From contig JAVKHO010000010.1 in NCBI GenBank assembly GCA_031459915.1, positions 42,775-106,774 on the forward strand: 64,000 nt of DNA. Reading direction: 5' to 3'. Source of the DNA: Candidatus Tepidifontimicrobium thermophilum (lineage in GTDB: Bacteria > Sysuimicrobiota > Sysuimicrobiia > Sysuimicrobiales > Sysuimicrobiaceae). The notes below the pieces were generated by a model. It saw nothing but the letters and a program-made list of their open reading frames with translations. It searched no databases and was not told where the DNA came from. This document shows positions 1 to 9,517 of the stretch, one piece after another. Within the stretch, counting starts at the first letter, position 1. Each line of letters opens with the position of its first letter. A program made the translations under genes and the position numbers.

Positions 1-550
1 CAACGAGCAGGCGGTGCTGTTCGCGGTAGCCCGGTCTGCCCGCATCTGGGAGGACCTGGAGCGTCTGGGTGTACCCGGGATCCGCGGGGTCTGGGCGCAC
101 CCCGCGGCCGCGGGCGGCTTCGGGGTCACCGTGGTGTCCCTGGAGCAGCGGTACGCGGGCCACGCGCCGCAGGTGCTGGCGCTGGCGGCCCAGTGCCCGG
201 GCGGGGCCTACTACACCAAGTGGGTCATCGCGGTGGACGAGGACGTGGACCCCTCGGACACCGACCAGGTCCTGTGGGCGCTGTCCACCCGCTGCAACCC
301 CGCGGAGGACATCGACATCCTGCGGCAGACCTGGTCCACGTGGCTGGACCCCACGCAGAACCCGCCGGAGGAGCGTCCGTACGGGTCCAAGGCCCTGATC
401 AACGCCTGCAAGGAGCACCGCTACCTGCACCAGTTCGCGCCGCGCACCCGGCTGGCCCGCAGCGTGTACGAGCGGGTACGGAGCCGGTGGGCGGAGCTCG
501 GGCTCGGAGGCCAGCCGCCCTCGGTGGTGTCCTTAGAGGAGGACCGCTAG
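1..550 (+). CDS. UbiD-family (prFMN-dependent) decarboxylase, C-terminal part (truncated by window edge)
   Basis: C-terminal UbiD motifs KWVIAVDEDVDP..VLWALSTRCNP..LDP..KALINAC; frame is open from the window start. Confidence 0.9.
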   Translation, partial: NEQAVLFAVARSARIWEDLERLGVPGIRGVWAHPAAAGGFGVTVVSLEQRYAGHAPQVLALAAQCPGGAYYTKWVIAVDEDVDPSDTDQVLWALSTRCNPAEDIDILRQTWSTWLDPTQNPPEERPYGSKALINACKEHRYLHQFAPRTRLARSVYERVRSRWAELGLGGQPPSVVSLEEDR

Positions 551-1062
551 TGGACCCCGGCGGGCTGCGCGAGAAGGTGCGCGCCTACTTGGGCGCCCAT
601 CGGGTCCTGGTCCTGTGTACCCACGGCCCCGAGGGTCCCTGGGCGAGCCCCGTGTACTACGCCTCGGACTCCAGCCTGTCCCTGTACTTCTTCTCCGACC
701 CCGAAACCCGACACGGCCGCAACCTGGCCCGGAGGGGATGGGCCAGCGGCGCGGTCACGGAGGAGTACGAGCGCTGGGAGGAGATCCAGGGCGTCCAGCT
801 GGAGGGGCCCGTGGACGTGCTCACGGGGCCGGAGCGGGAGGAAGCCCTGCGCGTGTACCTGTGCAAGTACCCGTGGGCCCGGGCCTTCCTCTCGCCCGAC
901 GGCGCGTTCTTCGCCGCGGTGGGGAACAAGGTGGCGCTGTACCGCCTGCGGCCGGTCCGCGTGGGGTTCACCGATAACCGACAGGGTTTCGGACACCGCG
1001 ACTGGTTGGAGTTCTCGGAGTCGACCACACCAGAGGGGAGGAGTGAGGGACCATGGCTGTGA
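550..1062 (+). CDS. pyridoxamine 5'-phosphate oxidase-like FMN-binding split-barrel protein
   Basis: GTG at 550 overlaps the upstream TAG, with an AGGAGG RBS; pattern VLVLCT..PWASPVYY..FFSDPETRHGRNL..IQGVQLEG. Confidence 0.75.
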   Translation: MDPGGLREKVRAYLGAHRVLVLCTHGPEGPWASPVYYASDSSLSLYFFSDPETRHGRNLARRGWASGAVTEEYERWEEIQGVQLEGPVDVLTGPEREEALRVYLCKYPWARAFLSPDGAFFAAVGNKVALYRLRPVRVGFTDNRQGFGHRDWLEFSESTTPEGRSEGPWL

Positions 1063-2504
1063 CGGTGCCGAAGACCGCGGGCTCCCTGGACGCGCGCGAC
1101 TGGCTCCGCCAGGTGGAGGCGCTGGGCGAGCTGCAGGTGGTACGGGGGGCGTCCTGGGATCTGGAGATCGGGGTAATCACCGAGGAGGTGCAGAAGCGCC
1201 GGAACCCGCCGGGGCCGGCGGTACTGTTCGACGAAGTCCCTGGGTATCCCGCCGGGTACCGGGTGTTGGTGAACACCCTGGGTTCCCCGCGGCGCCTGGC
1301 CCTGACCCTCGGCCTGCCGACGGACGCCACCGACCGGGAGCTGGTGTCCCTGTGGCGCAAGCGGAGCCGGGAGATCCAGCCGATCCCGCCCGTGGAGGTG
1401 CCGGATGGCCCGGTCCTGGAGAACGTGCTGGAGGGGGACGCGGTGGACCTGCTGCGGTTCCCCGTGCCCCGGTGGCACGAGCGCGACGGCGGGCGGTACA
1501 TCGGCACCGGCAGCGTGAACATCACCCGGGACCCCGACGACGGCACCCTGAACGCCGGCACCTACCGCGTCATGGTCCGCGACGCGAGGAGCGCGTTTTT
1601 CTACGTCTCACCGGGCAAGCACGGCCGGATCCACCGGGACAAGTACTTCAGCCGGGGCGAGCCCTGCCCCGTGGTGGTGTGCGCGGGCCACCACCCCCTG
1701 GTGTTCCTGGCGGGGAGCCTGGAGCTCCCCTACGGGCTCAACGAACTGGCTTGGGTGGGCGGGGTGGTGGGCGAGCCGGTGAAGGTGGTGCGGGGGCGGT
1801 ACACGGGGCTGCCGTTCCCGGCGGAGGCGGAGATCGCCTTCGAGGGCTTCGCCTACCCGGACCGGTTCGAGCCGGAGGGGCCCTTCGGCGAGTGGACGGG
1901 CTACTATGCGTCCTCCGCCCGGCCCGAGCCGTGGATCGAGGTGAAGGCCGTCTACCACCGCAACGACCCCATCCTCCTGGGATCCCCGCCCGGGAAGCCG
2001 CCCACGGAGCTCACGTACTACCGCGCGGTGTTGCGGTCCGCCCTCATCGAGGAAGCCCTGGAGAAGGCCGGGGTGCCGGACGTGACGGGCGTGTGGTGCC
2101 ACGAGGCGGGCGGGTCCCGGCTGCTGGTGGTGGTGGGCGTCCGGCAGCGCTACGCAGGCCACGCCAAGCAGGCAGCCCTGGCGGCGCTGAGCTCGCACCC
2201 CGGCAACTACCTGGGCCGCTACGTGGTGGTGGTGGACGAGGACGTGGACGTCACCGACCTGCAGGAGGTCATGTGGGCGGTGTGCACCCGCTCGGACCCC
2301 GAGGAGTCCATCGACATCGTGCGGCGCTGCTGGAGCGGTCCTTTGGACCCCCGCATCCCTCCGGACCGCAAGGGGTTCAACTCCCGCGCGGTGATCGACG
2401 CCACCCGTCCCTTCGAGTGGAAGGACCGGTTCCCGCCCGTGGCCTGCTCCAGCCCCGAAGTCCGGGAGCGGGTGCTGGCCAAGTGGGCGGAGGTCCTGCG
2501 GTAG
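1053..2504 (+). CDS. UbiD-family decarboxylase
   Basis: 483 aa; HERDGGRYIG, NAGTYR, EGPFGEWTGYY and VVVDEDVD motifs. Confidence 0.93.
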   Translation: MAVTVPKTAGSLDARDWLRQVEALGELQVVRGASWDLEIGVITEEVQKRRNPPGPAVLFDEVPGYPAGYRVLVNTLGSPRRLALTLGLPTDATDRELVSLWRKRSREIQPIPPVEVPDGPVLENVLEGDAVDLLRFPVPRWHERDGGRYIGTGSVNITRDPDDGTLNAGTYRVMVRDARSAFFYVSPGKHGRIHRDKYFSRGEPCPVVVCAGHHPLVFLAGSLELPYGLNELAWVGGVVGEPVKVVRGRYTGLPFPAEAEIAFEGFAYPDRFEPEGPFGEWTGYYASSARPEPWIEVKAVYHRNDPILLGSPPGKPPTELTYYRAVLRSALIEEALEKAGVPDVTGVWCHEAGGSRLLVVVGVRQRYAGHAKQAALAALSSHPGNYLGRYVVVVDEDVDVTDLQEVMWAVCTRSDPEESIDIVRRCWSGPLDPRIPPDRKGFNSRAVIDATRPFEWKDRFPPVACSSPEVRERVLAKWAEVLR

Positions 2505-2511
2505 GGCAGCC

Positions 2512-3915
2512 ATGCCGGCGGACATGCGCACGTGGATCGCCCAGCTGGAGGAGGCTGGGGAACTGGTGCGGGTGCGCAGGCCCGTGGACCCCCGCACGGA
2601 GATGGGAGCTGTGCTGTACCAGTCCCGGGAGAAAGCCCTGCTGTTCGAGAACCTGGTAGGCTACCCGGGGTGGCGCAGCCTGGGCATGGCGCCCGCGAAC
2701 CTGCGTCACGCGGCGCTGGCGTACGGCACCTCCCTGCAGCGCCTCACCCCCACCGCGGCCGAGCGGTCTCAGCGCCGGATCCCCACGCAGCGGGTAGCCT
2801 CCGGCCCCGTGAAGGAGGTGGTGTGGAAGGGCACGGAGGCGGACGTGACCCGGCTGCCCGTGCACGTCAACGGCAGCGAGGAGCCGCCCTACATCGCCTC
2901 GGGCCTGGTCGTCTGCCGGGATCCGGCCACGGGCAAGCGCAACGTGGCCTTCCACCGCCTGCAGGTGAAGGGCCCGCGCAAGCTGGGGATCCTCATGGTG
3001 CCGCGGCACACCCGCCGGATCTACGACGCGTACGAGGCCGCGGGCGAGGCGATGCCCGTGGCCATCTACATCGGCCACCACCCGCTGCACTATATGGCGG
3101 CCGCCACCAGCGGGCCCTTCGAGATGGACGAGCTGGAACTGGCGGGCGGCCTGCTGGGCGAGCCGGTCCAGGTGGTCCGGTGCGAGACCAACGACCTGGA
3201 GGTCCCCGCGGACGCGGAGATCGTGCTGGAGGGGAAGGTCCTGCCCCACGTGCGGGAGCCGGAAGGGCCGTTTTCGGAGTTCCACGACTACTACGTGGCG
3301 GGGATGGGCCACAACCCCGTGGTGGAGGTGGACTGCATCACCCTGCGGCAGGACGCCATCTACAAGGCGGTGCAGAACGGGTCGGAGGTCGAGGGCTGCG
3401 TGTTCCACAAGGTGCCCCTGGCGGCGAGCATCTACAACCACATCCGGAGCATCGCCGGACACGTGGACCTGCACAACGTGGTGGTGCTGCCCGGGATCTT
3501 CGGGGTGGTGGTGCAGATGACGCCCCGCTTCTGGGGCGAGGCCAAGCAGGTCCTCATGGGCGTGCTCAGTGGCCCCGTGCTGCACCCCAAGGTCGCCATC
3601 GCGGTGGACGAGGACGTGGACCCTTACCAGCCCTGGGAGGTCCTGTGGGCTGTCAACACCCGCTGCAACCCCGAGACGGACGTGGTGGTGGTCCCCGGCG
3701 TACGGGCACACCCCATGGACCCCTCCGCGCGGGAGCTGGTGCCTCCCGGCGGCCCGTACTGGAACCGGGTGGGCGGCAAGCTCCTCATCGACGCCACGAA
3801 GCCACCCTTGTGCGCGGGGGACGAGGCGCGCAGGCCCTTCCAGCGGCTGAGGCCCATGGGCTGGGACCGGGTGCGCCTGGAGGACTTTCTCCCCGCGGTC
3901 GGGTGTAGGACCTAG
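2512..3915 (+). CDS. UbiD-family decarboxylase (divergent paralogue)
   Basis: 467 aa; RNVAFHRLQ, EGPFSEFHDYY, AVDEDVDP and IDATKP motifs. Confidence 0.92.
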   Translation: MPADMRTWIAQLEEAGELVRVRRPVDPRTEMGAVLYQSREKALLFENLVGYPGWRSLGMAPANLRHAALAYGTSLQRLTPTAAERSQRRIPTQRVASGPVKEVVWKGTEADVTRLPVHVNGSEEPPYIASGLVVCRDPATGKRNVAFHRLQVKGPRKLGILMVPRHTRRIYDAYEAAGEAMPVAIYIGHHPLHYMAAATSGPFEMDELELAGGLLGEPVQVVRCETNDLEVPADAEIVLEGKVLPHVREPEGPFSEFHDYYVAGMGHNPVVEVDCITLRQDAIYKAVQNGSEVEGCVFHKVPLAASIYNHIRSIAGHVDLHNVVVLPGIFGVVVQMTPRFWGEAKQVLMGVLSGPVLHPKVAIAVDEDVDPYQPWEVLWAVNTRCNPETDVVVVPGVRAHPMDPSARELVPPGGPYWNRVGGKLLIDATKPPLCAGDEARRPFQRLRPMGWDRVRLEDFLPAVGCRT

Positions 3916-3969
3916 GTCATCCGGCCCGCGCCGGATTGCCGGAGGACTAGGCCAGAGGTACGAAGGGAC

Positions 3970-3985
3970 TAGACTGACCGGTCAG
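3970..3985. promoter_or_regulatory. palindromic operator, copy 1 (TAGACTGACCGGTCAG), upstream of hcrC
   Basis: Matches the motif at 13346, 30364, 30436 and 30467; lies just before the RBS of the gene at 4003. Confidence 0.65.
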
Positions 3986-4002
3986 TTCAACGGGAGGGTG
4001 GG

Positions 4003-4482
4003 ATGGAGCGTGCGGTCCGGCTGAAGGTGAACGGACAGGAACACCGGGTCCTGGTACCTCCCCACCGCACGCTCCTGGAGGTGCTGCGGGAGGACCTGGG
4101 GCTGGTGGGGACCAAGCACGGCTGCGAGCTGGGGGAGTGCGGGGTCTGCACCGTGCTGGTGGACGGGGAGCCCGCGCTCTCGTGCCTGGTGCTGGCTCAC
4201 GAGGTCGAAGGCCACGAGGTCACCACCGTCGAGGGGCTCGCCACAGACGGCCAGCTGCACCCGGTGCAACGGGCCTTCGTGGAAAGCGGGGCCCTGCAGT
4301 GCGGCTACTGCACGCCCGCCATGGTGCTGGTCACCAAAGCGCTGCTGGACCGTGTCCCCGAGCCGTCCGGCGAGCAGGTGCGGGAGGCGGTGGCGGGCGT
4401 GTTCTGCCGCTGCACCGGCTACGTGAAGATCCTGGAAGCGGTGCAGGCCGCGGCGCGGCGGCTCCGTGAGGCGAGGGCGTAG
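4003..4482 (+). CDS. hcrC: xanthine-oxidase-family 2x[2Fe-2S] subunit (4-hydroxybenzoyl-CoA reductase gamma-like)
   Basis: GCELGECGVCTV, QCGYCTP and CRCTGY motifs; operon context. Confidence 0.85.
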   Translation: MERAVRLKVNGQEHRVLVPPHRTLLEVLREDLGLVGTKHGCELGECGVCTVLVDGEPALSCLVLAHEVEGHEVTTVEGLATDGQLHPVQRAFVESGALQCGYCTPAMVLVTKALLDRVPEPSGEQVREAVAGVFCRCTGYVKILEAVQAAARRLREARA

Positions 4483-4484
4483 GG

Positions 4485-6893
4485 ATGCGGGTGCTGGAGG
4501 AGCGGGAACGCGTGTTCAGCGTGGTGGGCCAGCGCCTGCCGCGGGTGGACGGCTGGGCGAAGGTCTCTGGCCGCGCCCAGTACACCGACGACCTCACCCT
4601 TCCGGGCATGCTGTTCGGCAAGCTGGTGCGCAGCACCCACGCCCACGCGAGGCTCGTGTCGGTCAGGCTGGAGCGCGCCCTCAAGGTTCCCGGGGTGGTG
4701 GCGGCCATCACGGGCCGGGACGTGCCGGTTCGCTACAGCGTGTTCCCCGTGGGGCAGGACGAGACCGCGCTGGCGGTGGACCGGGTGCGGTACGTGGGGG
4801 AGCCGGTGGCCGCCCTGGCGGCGGTGGACCCGTACACCGCTGAGGAAGCAGCGCGCCTGGTGGAGGTGGAGTACGAACCGCTGCCGGCCCGCATGGACCT
4901 TGAGGAGGCCCTGCGGAACCCGGAGCCCCGCATCCACGACTCCGGACCGTTCGGCAACGTCCACCGGCTCGCGTCGTTGGAGTTCGGCGACGTGGAGGCG
5001 GGCTTCGCGGAAGCCGACCACGTGCGGGAGGACCTGTTCTTCTACGGAGGCAACACCCACGCGCCCCTGGAGCCGCACAGCGCTCTGGCCTGGTGGGACC
5101 CGGGGGCGCGGAAGCTCACCGTGTGGACGTCCCACCAGGGGCCCCACTACCTGCACCGGGGACTGGCCAGAGCCCTGGGCCTGGAGGAGCACCAGGTACG
5201 GGTCGTGGTGCCTGCGGTGGGCGGAGGGTTTGGCGGCAAGCTGGACATCTTCCACCACGAGGTGTGTGCCGCCAAGCTCAGCATGCTCACGGGCCGGCCC
5301 GTGAAGATCACCCTCACGAGGGAGGAGGTGTTCTACGCGCACCGGGGAAGGCACCCGGAGCTGCTGCGGATCCGGACCGGGGTGAAGCGGGACGGCCGTA
5401 TCGTCGCCATGCACGTGGAAGCCTACCTGGACGGTGGCGCCTACTGCTCCTTCGGTCCCGCCACCCTGTTGTACGCGGGGACCCAGCAGCCGGTTACCTA
5501 CCGGATCCCCCACTACCGGTTCCAGGGGGTCCGGGTGTTCACCAACAAGCCGCCGTGTGGCCCCAAGCGCGGCCACGGCACCCCGCAGGCGCGCTGCGCC
5601 CTGGAGGTGCACCTGGACAAGCTGAGCGAGGATCTGGGCCTGGACCCCGTGGAGCTGCGGCTGCGCAACCTCACAGGGCCCAACGAGCTCACGGTGAACT
5701 GGCTGGAGATCACCAGCAACGGGCTGCGGGCGTGCATCGAGAAGGTGGTGGAGGCCAGCGGGTGGCGCCAGCGGCGGGGCCGGCTGCCCTACGGGCGGGG
5801 GCTGGGGTTCGCGTGCAGCGCGTACCTCACGGGCGCGGGCGGGTCCATCTACTACAGCGACATGCCCCACTCCGAGGTCCACCTGCGGGTGGACCGCTCG
5901 GGCGGGGTGACGGTGTACACCATGGCCACGGAGATCGGGCAGGGGTCGGCCACCGCGGTGGCCACCATCGTGGCGGAGGTCCTGGGATTGCAGCCTCAGG
6001 ACATCAGCCTGGTGACCTCCGACACGGATCTCACCCCCATCGACCTCGGCAGCTACAGCAGCCGGGTGACCCTCATGGTGGGGAACGCGGCGTACGAGGC
6101 CGCCTGTCGGGCGCGCGACCTCCTGCTCGACGCGGTGGCCGAACGCCTGCAGGTGCCCCGCAGCCGCCTCGTGGCACAGTCCCGGCGGATCTTCGACCGG
6201 GCGACCCCGGAAGTGGGTGCCTCCTTCGCCCAGGCGGCGCAGTGGGCCGAGGCCAGGTTCGGGTGCCTGGCGACCTCCGGCAGCTACCGGCCCCCGCAGA
6301 AGCTGGGGACGTACAAGGGCTCCGGGGTGGGACCCTCGCCCGCCTACACCTTCTCGGCGTGCGTGGCAGAAGTGCAGGCGGACCCGGAGACCGGAGAGGT
6401 GAAGGTGGAACGGGTGTGGGTGGCCCACGACATCGGCCGCGCCCTCAACCCGGTTCTGGTGGAGGGGCAGGTGGAGGGCAGCGTGCACATGGCCTTGGGC
6501 GAGGCCCTGATGGAGGAGCAGGCGTTCCGCAAGGAGTTACACCGTGGCCCGTCCTGGCTGGACTACAAGGTGCCCACCGTGTACGAGATGCCGGAGGTGA
6601 TCACCTTCCTGGTCGAGACCGACGAGCCCCGGGCCCCCTTTAGCGCCAAGGAGGTGGGCCAGGGTCCTTTGCTGTGCGTGGTACCCGCCATCCTCAACGC
6701 CATCGCGGACGCGTTGGAGGTGCGGGTGGACGAAGTTCCCGCTACGCCCGAGAAGGTGCTCAAGGCTTTGGAGGAACAGCGCAAGGGGCGGACGGGCCGC
6801 GTGGGCCCGACCAAGGTGCCGCCGTTCTCCTTCCCGCCTCCGGAGCGGGTGCCGCGTCCGCAGAGCTGGGAGGAGGCAGCGCAGCCCGCGTAG
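4485..6893 (+). CDS. hcrA: xanthine-oxidase-family molybdopterin subunit (4-hydroxybenzoyl-CoA reductase alpha-like)
   Basis: 802 aa; GGGFGGK, PPCGPKRGHG, EIGQGS, DLGSYSSR and GQVEGSV motifs; next to an HcrB-type subunit. Confidence 0.8.
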   Translation: MRVLEERERVFSVVGQRLPRVDGWAKVSGRAQYTDDLTLPGMLFGKLVRSTHAHARLVSVRLERALKVPGVVAAITGRDVPVRYSVFPVGQDETALAVDRVRYVGEPVAALAAVDPYTAEEAARLVEVEYEPLPARMDLEEALRNPEPRIHDSGPFGNVHRLASLEFGDVEAGFAEADHVREDLFFYGGNTHAPLEPHSALAWWDPGARKLTVWTSHQGPHYLHRGLARALGLEEHQVRVVVPAVGGGFGGKLDIFHHEVCAAKLSMLTGRPVKITLTREEVFYAHRGRHPELLRIRTGVKRDGRIVAMHVEAYLDGGAYCSFGPATLLYAGTQQPVTYRIPHYRFQGVRVFTNKPPCGPKRGHGTPQARCALEVHLDKLSEDLGLDPVELRLRNLTGPNELTVNWLEITSNGLRACIEKVVEASGWRQRRGRLPYGRGLGFACSAYLTGAGGSIYYSDMPHSEVHLRVDRSGGVTVYTMATEIGQGSATAVATIVAEVLGLQPQDISLVTSDTDLTPIDLGSYSSRVTLMVGNAAYEAACRARDLLLDAVAERLQVPRSRLVAQSRRIFDRATPEVGASFAQAAQWAEARFGCLATSGSYRPPQKLGTYKGSGVGPSPAYTFSACVAEVQADPETGEVKVERVWVAHDIGRALNPVLVEGQVEGSVHMALGEALMEEQAFRKELHRGPSWLDYKVPTVYEMPEVITFLVETDEPRAPFSAKEVGQGPLLCVVPAILNAIADALEVRVDEVPATPEKVLKALEEQRKGRTGRVGPTKVPPFSFPPPERVPRPQSWEEAAQPA

Positions 6894-6904
6894 GGGGGAG
6901 CCGG

Positions 6905-7906
6905 ATGCTGCGCCTGCCCGCTTTCCAGTTGCTCCGGCCCGCCACGGTGGCGGAAGCCACACGCATGCTGGCGGAGCTGGGGCCGCAGGCGGCACCGCTG
7001 GCGGGCGGGACCGACCTGCTGCCGAAGATGAAACGCCGCCAGCTGCAGCCCAGGTACCTGGTGAGCCTCCGTGGGCTGCGGGAGCTGCGGGGCTGGTCCG
7101 GCAGTCCGGAACAGGGTCTGGTGCTGCGCGCGGGCTGCACCCTGGCCGAGGTAGCGGCGCAGCCCGCGGTGCGGTCCGCGTACCGTGCCCTGGCGGAGGC
7201 GGTGGCGGTGTGCTCGAACCCCATCCTGCACCGCATGGGCACCCTGGGCGGGAACCTGTGCCTGGACACCCGGTGCACCTACTACGACCAGACGGAGCAC
7301 TGGCGCCAAGCCCTGGGCTGGTGCATGAAGGCACCCGGCCCCCGCACCCCGGAGGAAGTGCCCTGTCGCGTGGCGCCGGGCGGAAGCAGGTGCTGGGCGG
7401 TCAGCGCGGGCGACGGGGCTCCGGCGCTGATCGCGCTGGGCGCGAAGGTGCGGCTGGTGGGCGCCCGGGGGGAGCGGGTCCTGCCCCTGGAGGACCTGTA
7501 CCGGGACGACGGCATCCGCTACCTGGACAAGTCGCCTGATGAGCTGGTGGTGGAGGTCCTGCTCCCGCCCGCGGACGGCCTGCGCAGCACCTACCGCAAG
7601 GTGCGGCGACGGGGTTCGTTGGACTTCGCCGCCCTGGGCGTCGCGGCGGCCGTGCGACAGGACCCGGACGGGACCGTGACATCCTGCCGGCTGGTACTGG
7701 GAGGGGTGGCCTCCCGGCCCCTCGTGCTGGAGGAAGTCGCGTCCCTGCTGGTGGGGCAGCGGCTGGAGCAGGAGGTCCTGGAACGGGTGAGCGAGGCCGT
7801 GTACCGGGCCGTGCACCCTATGGACAACACCGACTTCACGGTCCTGTATCGCAGGCGCACCGCACCCGTGCACGTACGCCGCGCCCTGGAGGCGTTGGCC
7901 TCCTAG
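6905..7906 (+). CDS. hcrB: FAD/[4Fe-4S] subunit of 4-hydroxybenzoyl-CoA reductase-like enzyme
   Basis: ATG at 6905; AGGTDL FAD motif plus the Cys-rich insertion NLCLDTRCTYYDQ..WCMK..CRVAPGGSRCW characteristic of HcrB. Confidence 0.85.
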   Translation: MLRLPAFQLLRPATVAEATRMLAELGPQAAPLAGGTDLLPKMKRRQLQPRYLVSLRGLRELRGWSGSPEQGLVLRAGCTLAEVAAQPAVRSAYRALAEAVAVCSNPILHRMGTLGGNLCLDTRCTYYDQTEHWRQALGWCMKAPGPRTPEEVPCRVAPGGSRCWAVSAGDGAPALIALGAKVRLVGARGERVLPLEDLYRDDGIRYLDKSPDELVVEVLLPPADGLRSTYRKVRRRGSLDFAALGVAAAVRQDPDGTVTSCRLVLGGVASRPLVLEEVASLLVGQRLEQEVLERVSEAVYRAVHPMDNTDFTVLYRRRTAPVHVRRALEALAS

Positions 7907-7965
7907 GGGGTGTCCGTGAGGGCCGCAGTGGGTGCGGAGGCGGTGGGGCAGGAGGTCTAGGTAAA

Positions 7966-9513
7966 TTGGTGTTCCGTCACCCCACGGCGCGGGCTTTGGC
8001 GGTCCCCAGGCTGACCTCCTGTCAGCTCCTGGAGCGGTGGGCGCGGTCGGAGCCGAACCGCCCCGCCCTGGTGTGGGGACCTACCGAGCAGGTGACCACC
8101 TACGGCCAGCTGTGGGACACCAGCGGAAAGGTGGCCCGGGCGCTGCAGGAGCTGGGGCTGGAGAAGGGCGACCGCGTGGTGTTCCTGTCGCCCACCTGCC
8201 CGCAGGTCCCCGTGGCGTTTTACGGGGTACTCCGCGCGGGCGGGGTCGCAGTGCCCCTGAGCCCCCTCAGCAGGCTCCCGGAGGTCCAGCGCTGCCTGCT
8301 GGACACCGGAGCCCAGATGGTTTTGGCTTCAAAGGAGTGGGTCAGCCAGCTGCGGGAGGCCGGCGTGGCCTCTTCCCCGCGCTACGTGCTGAGCCTGGAC
8401 GAGCTGGAGGAAGCCTCCGAGCCGTGGCAACAGCCGGAACCCGTGGCCCTGGACCCAGAACACGACCTGGCCTGCATCCTGTACTCCAGCGGCACCACGG
8501 GCCTTCCCAAGGGCGCGGCCCTCACCCACCGCAACGTGGTGGCAGACCTGATGGCCGGGCGGGCGGTGGGGTTCATCACGGAACGCTCCCGGTACGTGCA
8601 CTTCCTGCCCCTCTGCCACTGCGCGGGCCTGCTGGCCCTGCTGAATGCGGGGGTGTGCCTGGGCGCCTGCCAGGTGCTGGTCCCGCGGTTTGACGCCCCG
8701 GAGGTGTTGCGGCTGATGGAGGCGCACCGGGTGCGGGAGCTGTTCGCCGTACCTCCGGCCCTGCGGGAGCTGGTGGAGGCCGCGGAGCGGACGGGGTTCG
8801 CCTACCGGGGGCTGCGGTTTCTGAACACCGCGGCCCTGCCCCTGGACGCGGAGCTGGCGCGTCGGGCGGAGGAGGTTTTCGGCTGCCCGGCCACCGAGCA
8901 CATCGGCATGACGGAGACTGCGGGACCGATGAACATCGCGGTCCCGCCCATGAAGGTCAAACGGGGTTCGGTGGGACCTCCGGTGCCGGGGCTGGACCAG
9001 CGGGTGGTGGATCCGGAGACCGGTCGGGACCTGGAGGCGGGAGGGGTGGGCGAGCTGCTGGTGCGGGGGCCGATGGTCACCGTGGGCTACTGGAACAACC
9101 CGCAGGCCAACCAGGAGGCGTTCACGGACGGCTGGTTCCGCACGGGCGACCTGGTGCGGTTCGACGAGGACGGGTACCTGTGGTGGGTGGACCGCCGGAA
9201 GGAGATGATCAAGTACAAGGGGTACTCCATCGCGCCCGCGGAGCTGGAGGAGGTCCTGCGCCAACACCCCGCGGTGCGGGAAGCCTGCGTGGTCCCCCGG
9301 CCGGATCCTGAGCTGGGGGAGGTACCCAAGGCGTTCGTGGTCCGCAGGGCGCCGGTGAGCCCGGAGGAGCTGCTGCGGTTCGTGGAGGAGCGGGTGGCTC
9401 CCTACAAGCGGGTGCGCGAGGTGGAGTTCGTGGACGAGCTGCCCAAGTCCGCGGTGGGCAAGATCCTCCGGCGGGTGCTGGCGGAGCGTGAGCGGGCGCG
9501 CGTGGGAGGGTGA
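7966..9513 (+). CDS. AMP-dependent acyl/aryl-CoA ligase
   Basis: YSSGTTGLPKG, GMTE, WFRTGD and PKSAVGKILRR motifs; start codon uncertain. Confidence 0.9.
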   Translation: MVFRHPTARALAVPRLTSCQLLERWARSEPNRPALVWGPTEQVTTYGQLWDTSGKVARALQELGLEKGDRVVFLSPTCPQVPVAFYGVLRAGGVAVPLSPLSRLPEVQRCLLDTGAQMVLASKEWVSQLREAGVASSPRYVLSLDELEEASEPWQQPEPVALDPEHDLACILYSSGTTGLPKGAALTHRNVVADLMAGRAVGFITERSRYVHFLPLCHCAGLLALLNAGVCLGACQVLVPRFDAPEVLRLMEAHRVRELFAVPPALRELVEAAERTGFAYRGLRFLNTAALPLDAELARRAEEVFGCPATEHIGMTETAGPMNIAVPPMKVKRGSVGPPVPGLDQRVVDPETGRDLEAGGVGELLVRGPMVTVGYWNNPQANQEAFTDGWFRTGDLVRFDEDGYLWWVDRRKEMIKYKGYSIAPAELEEVLRQHPAVREACVVPRPDPELGEVPKAFVVRRAPVSPEELLRFVEERVAPYKRVREVEFVDELPKSAVGKILRRVLAERERARVGG

Positions 9514-9517
9514 GACG

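Noticed and set aside
3897..3927. TAGGAC-CTAG-GTCATC palindrome as a LuxR/NarL-type site
   Set aside because: Single occurrence overlapping a stop codon; equally explained as an RNA hairpin or chance
4003..7906. Aerobic CO dehydrogenase (coxSLM)
   Set aside because: No AYxCSFR motif; the HcrB-type [4Fe-4S] insertion and bcr context argue otherwise
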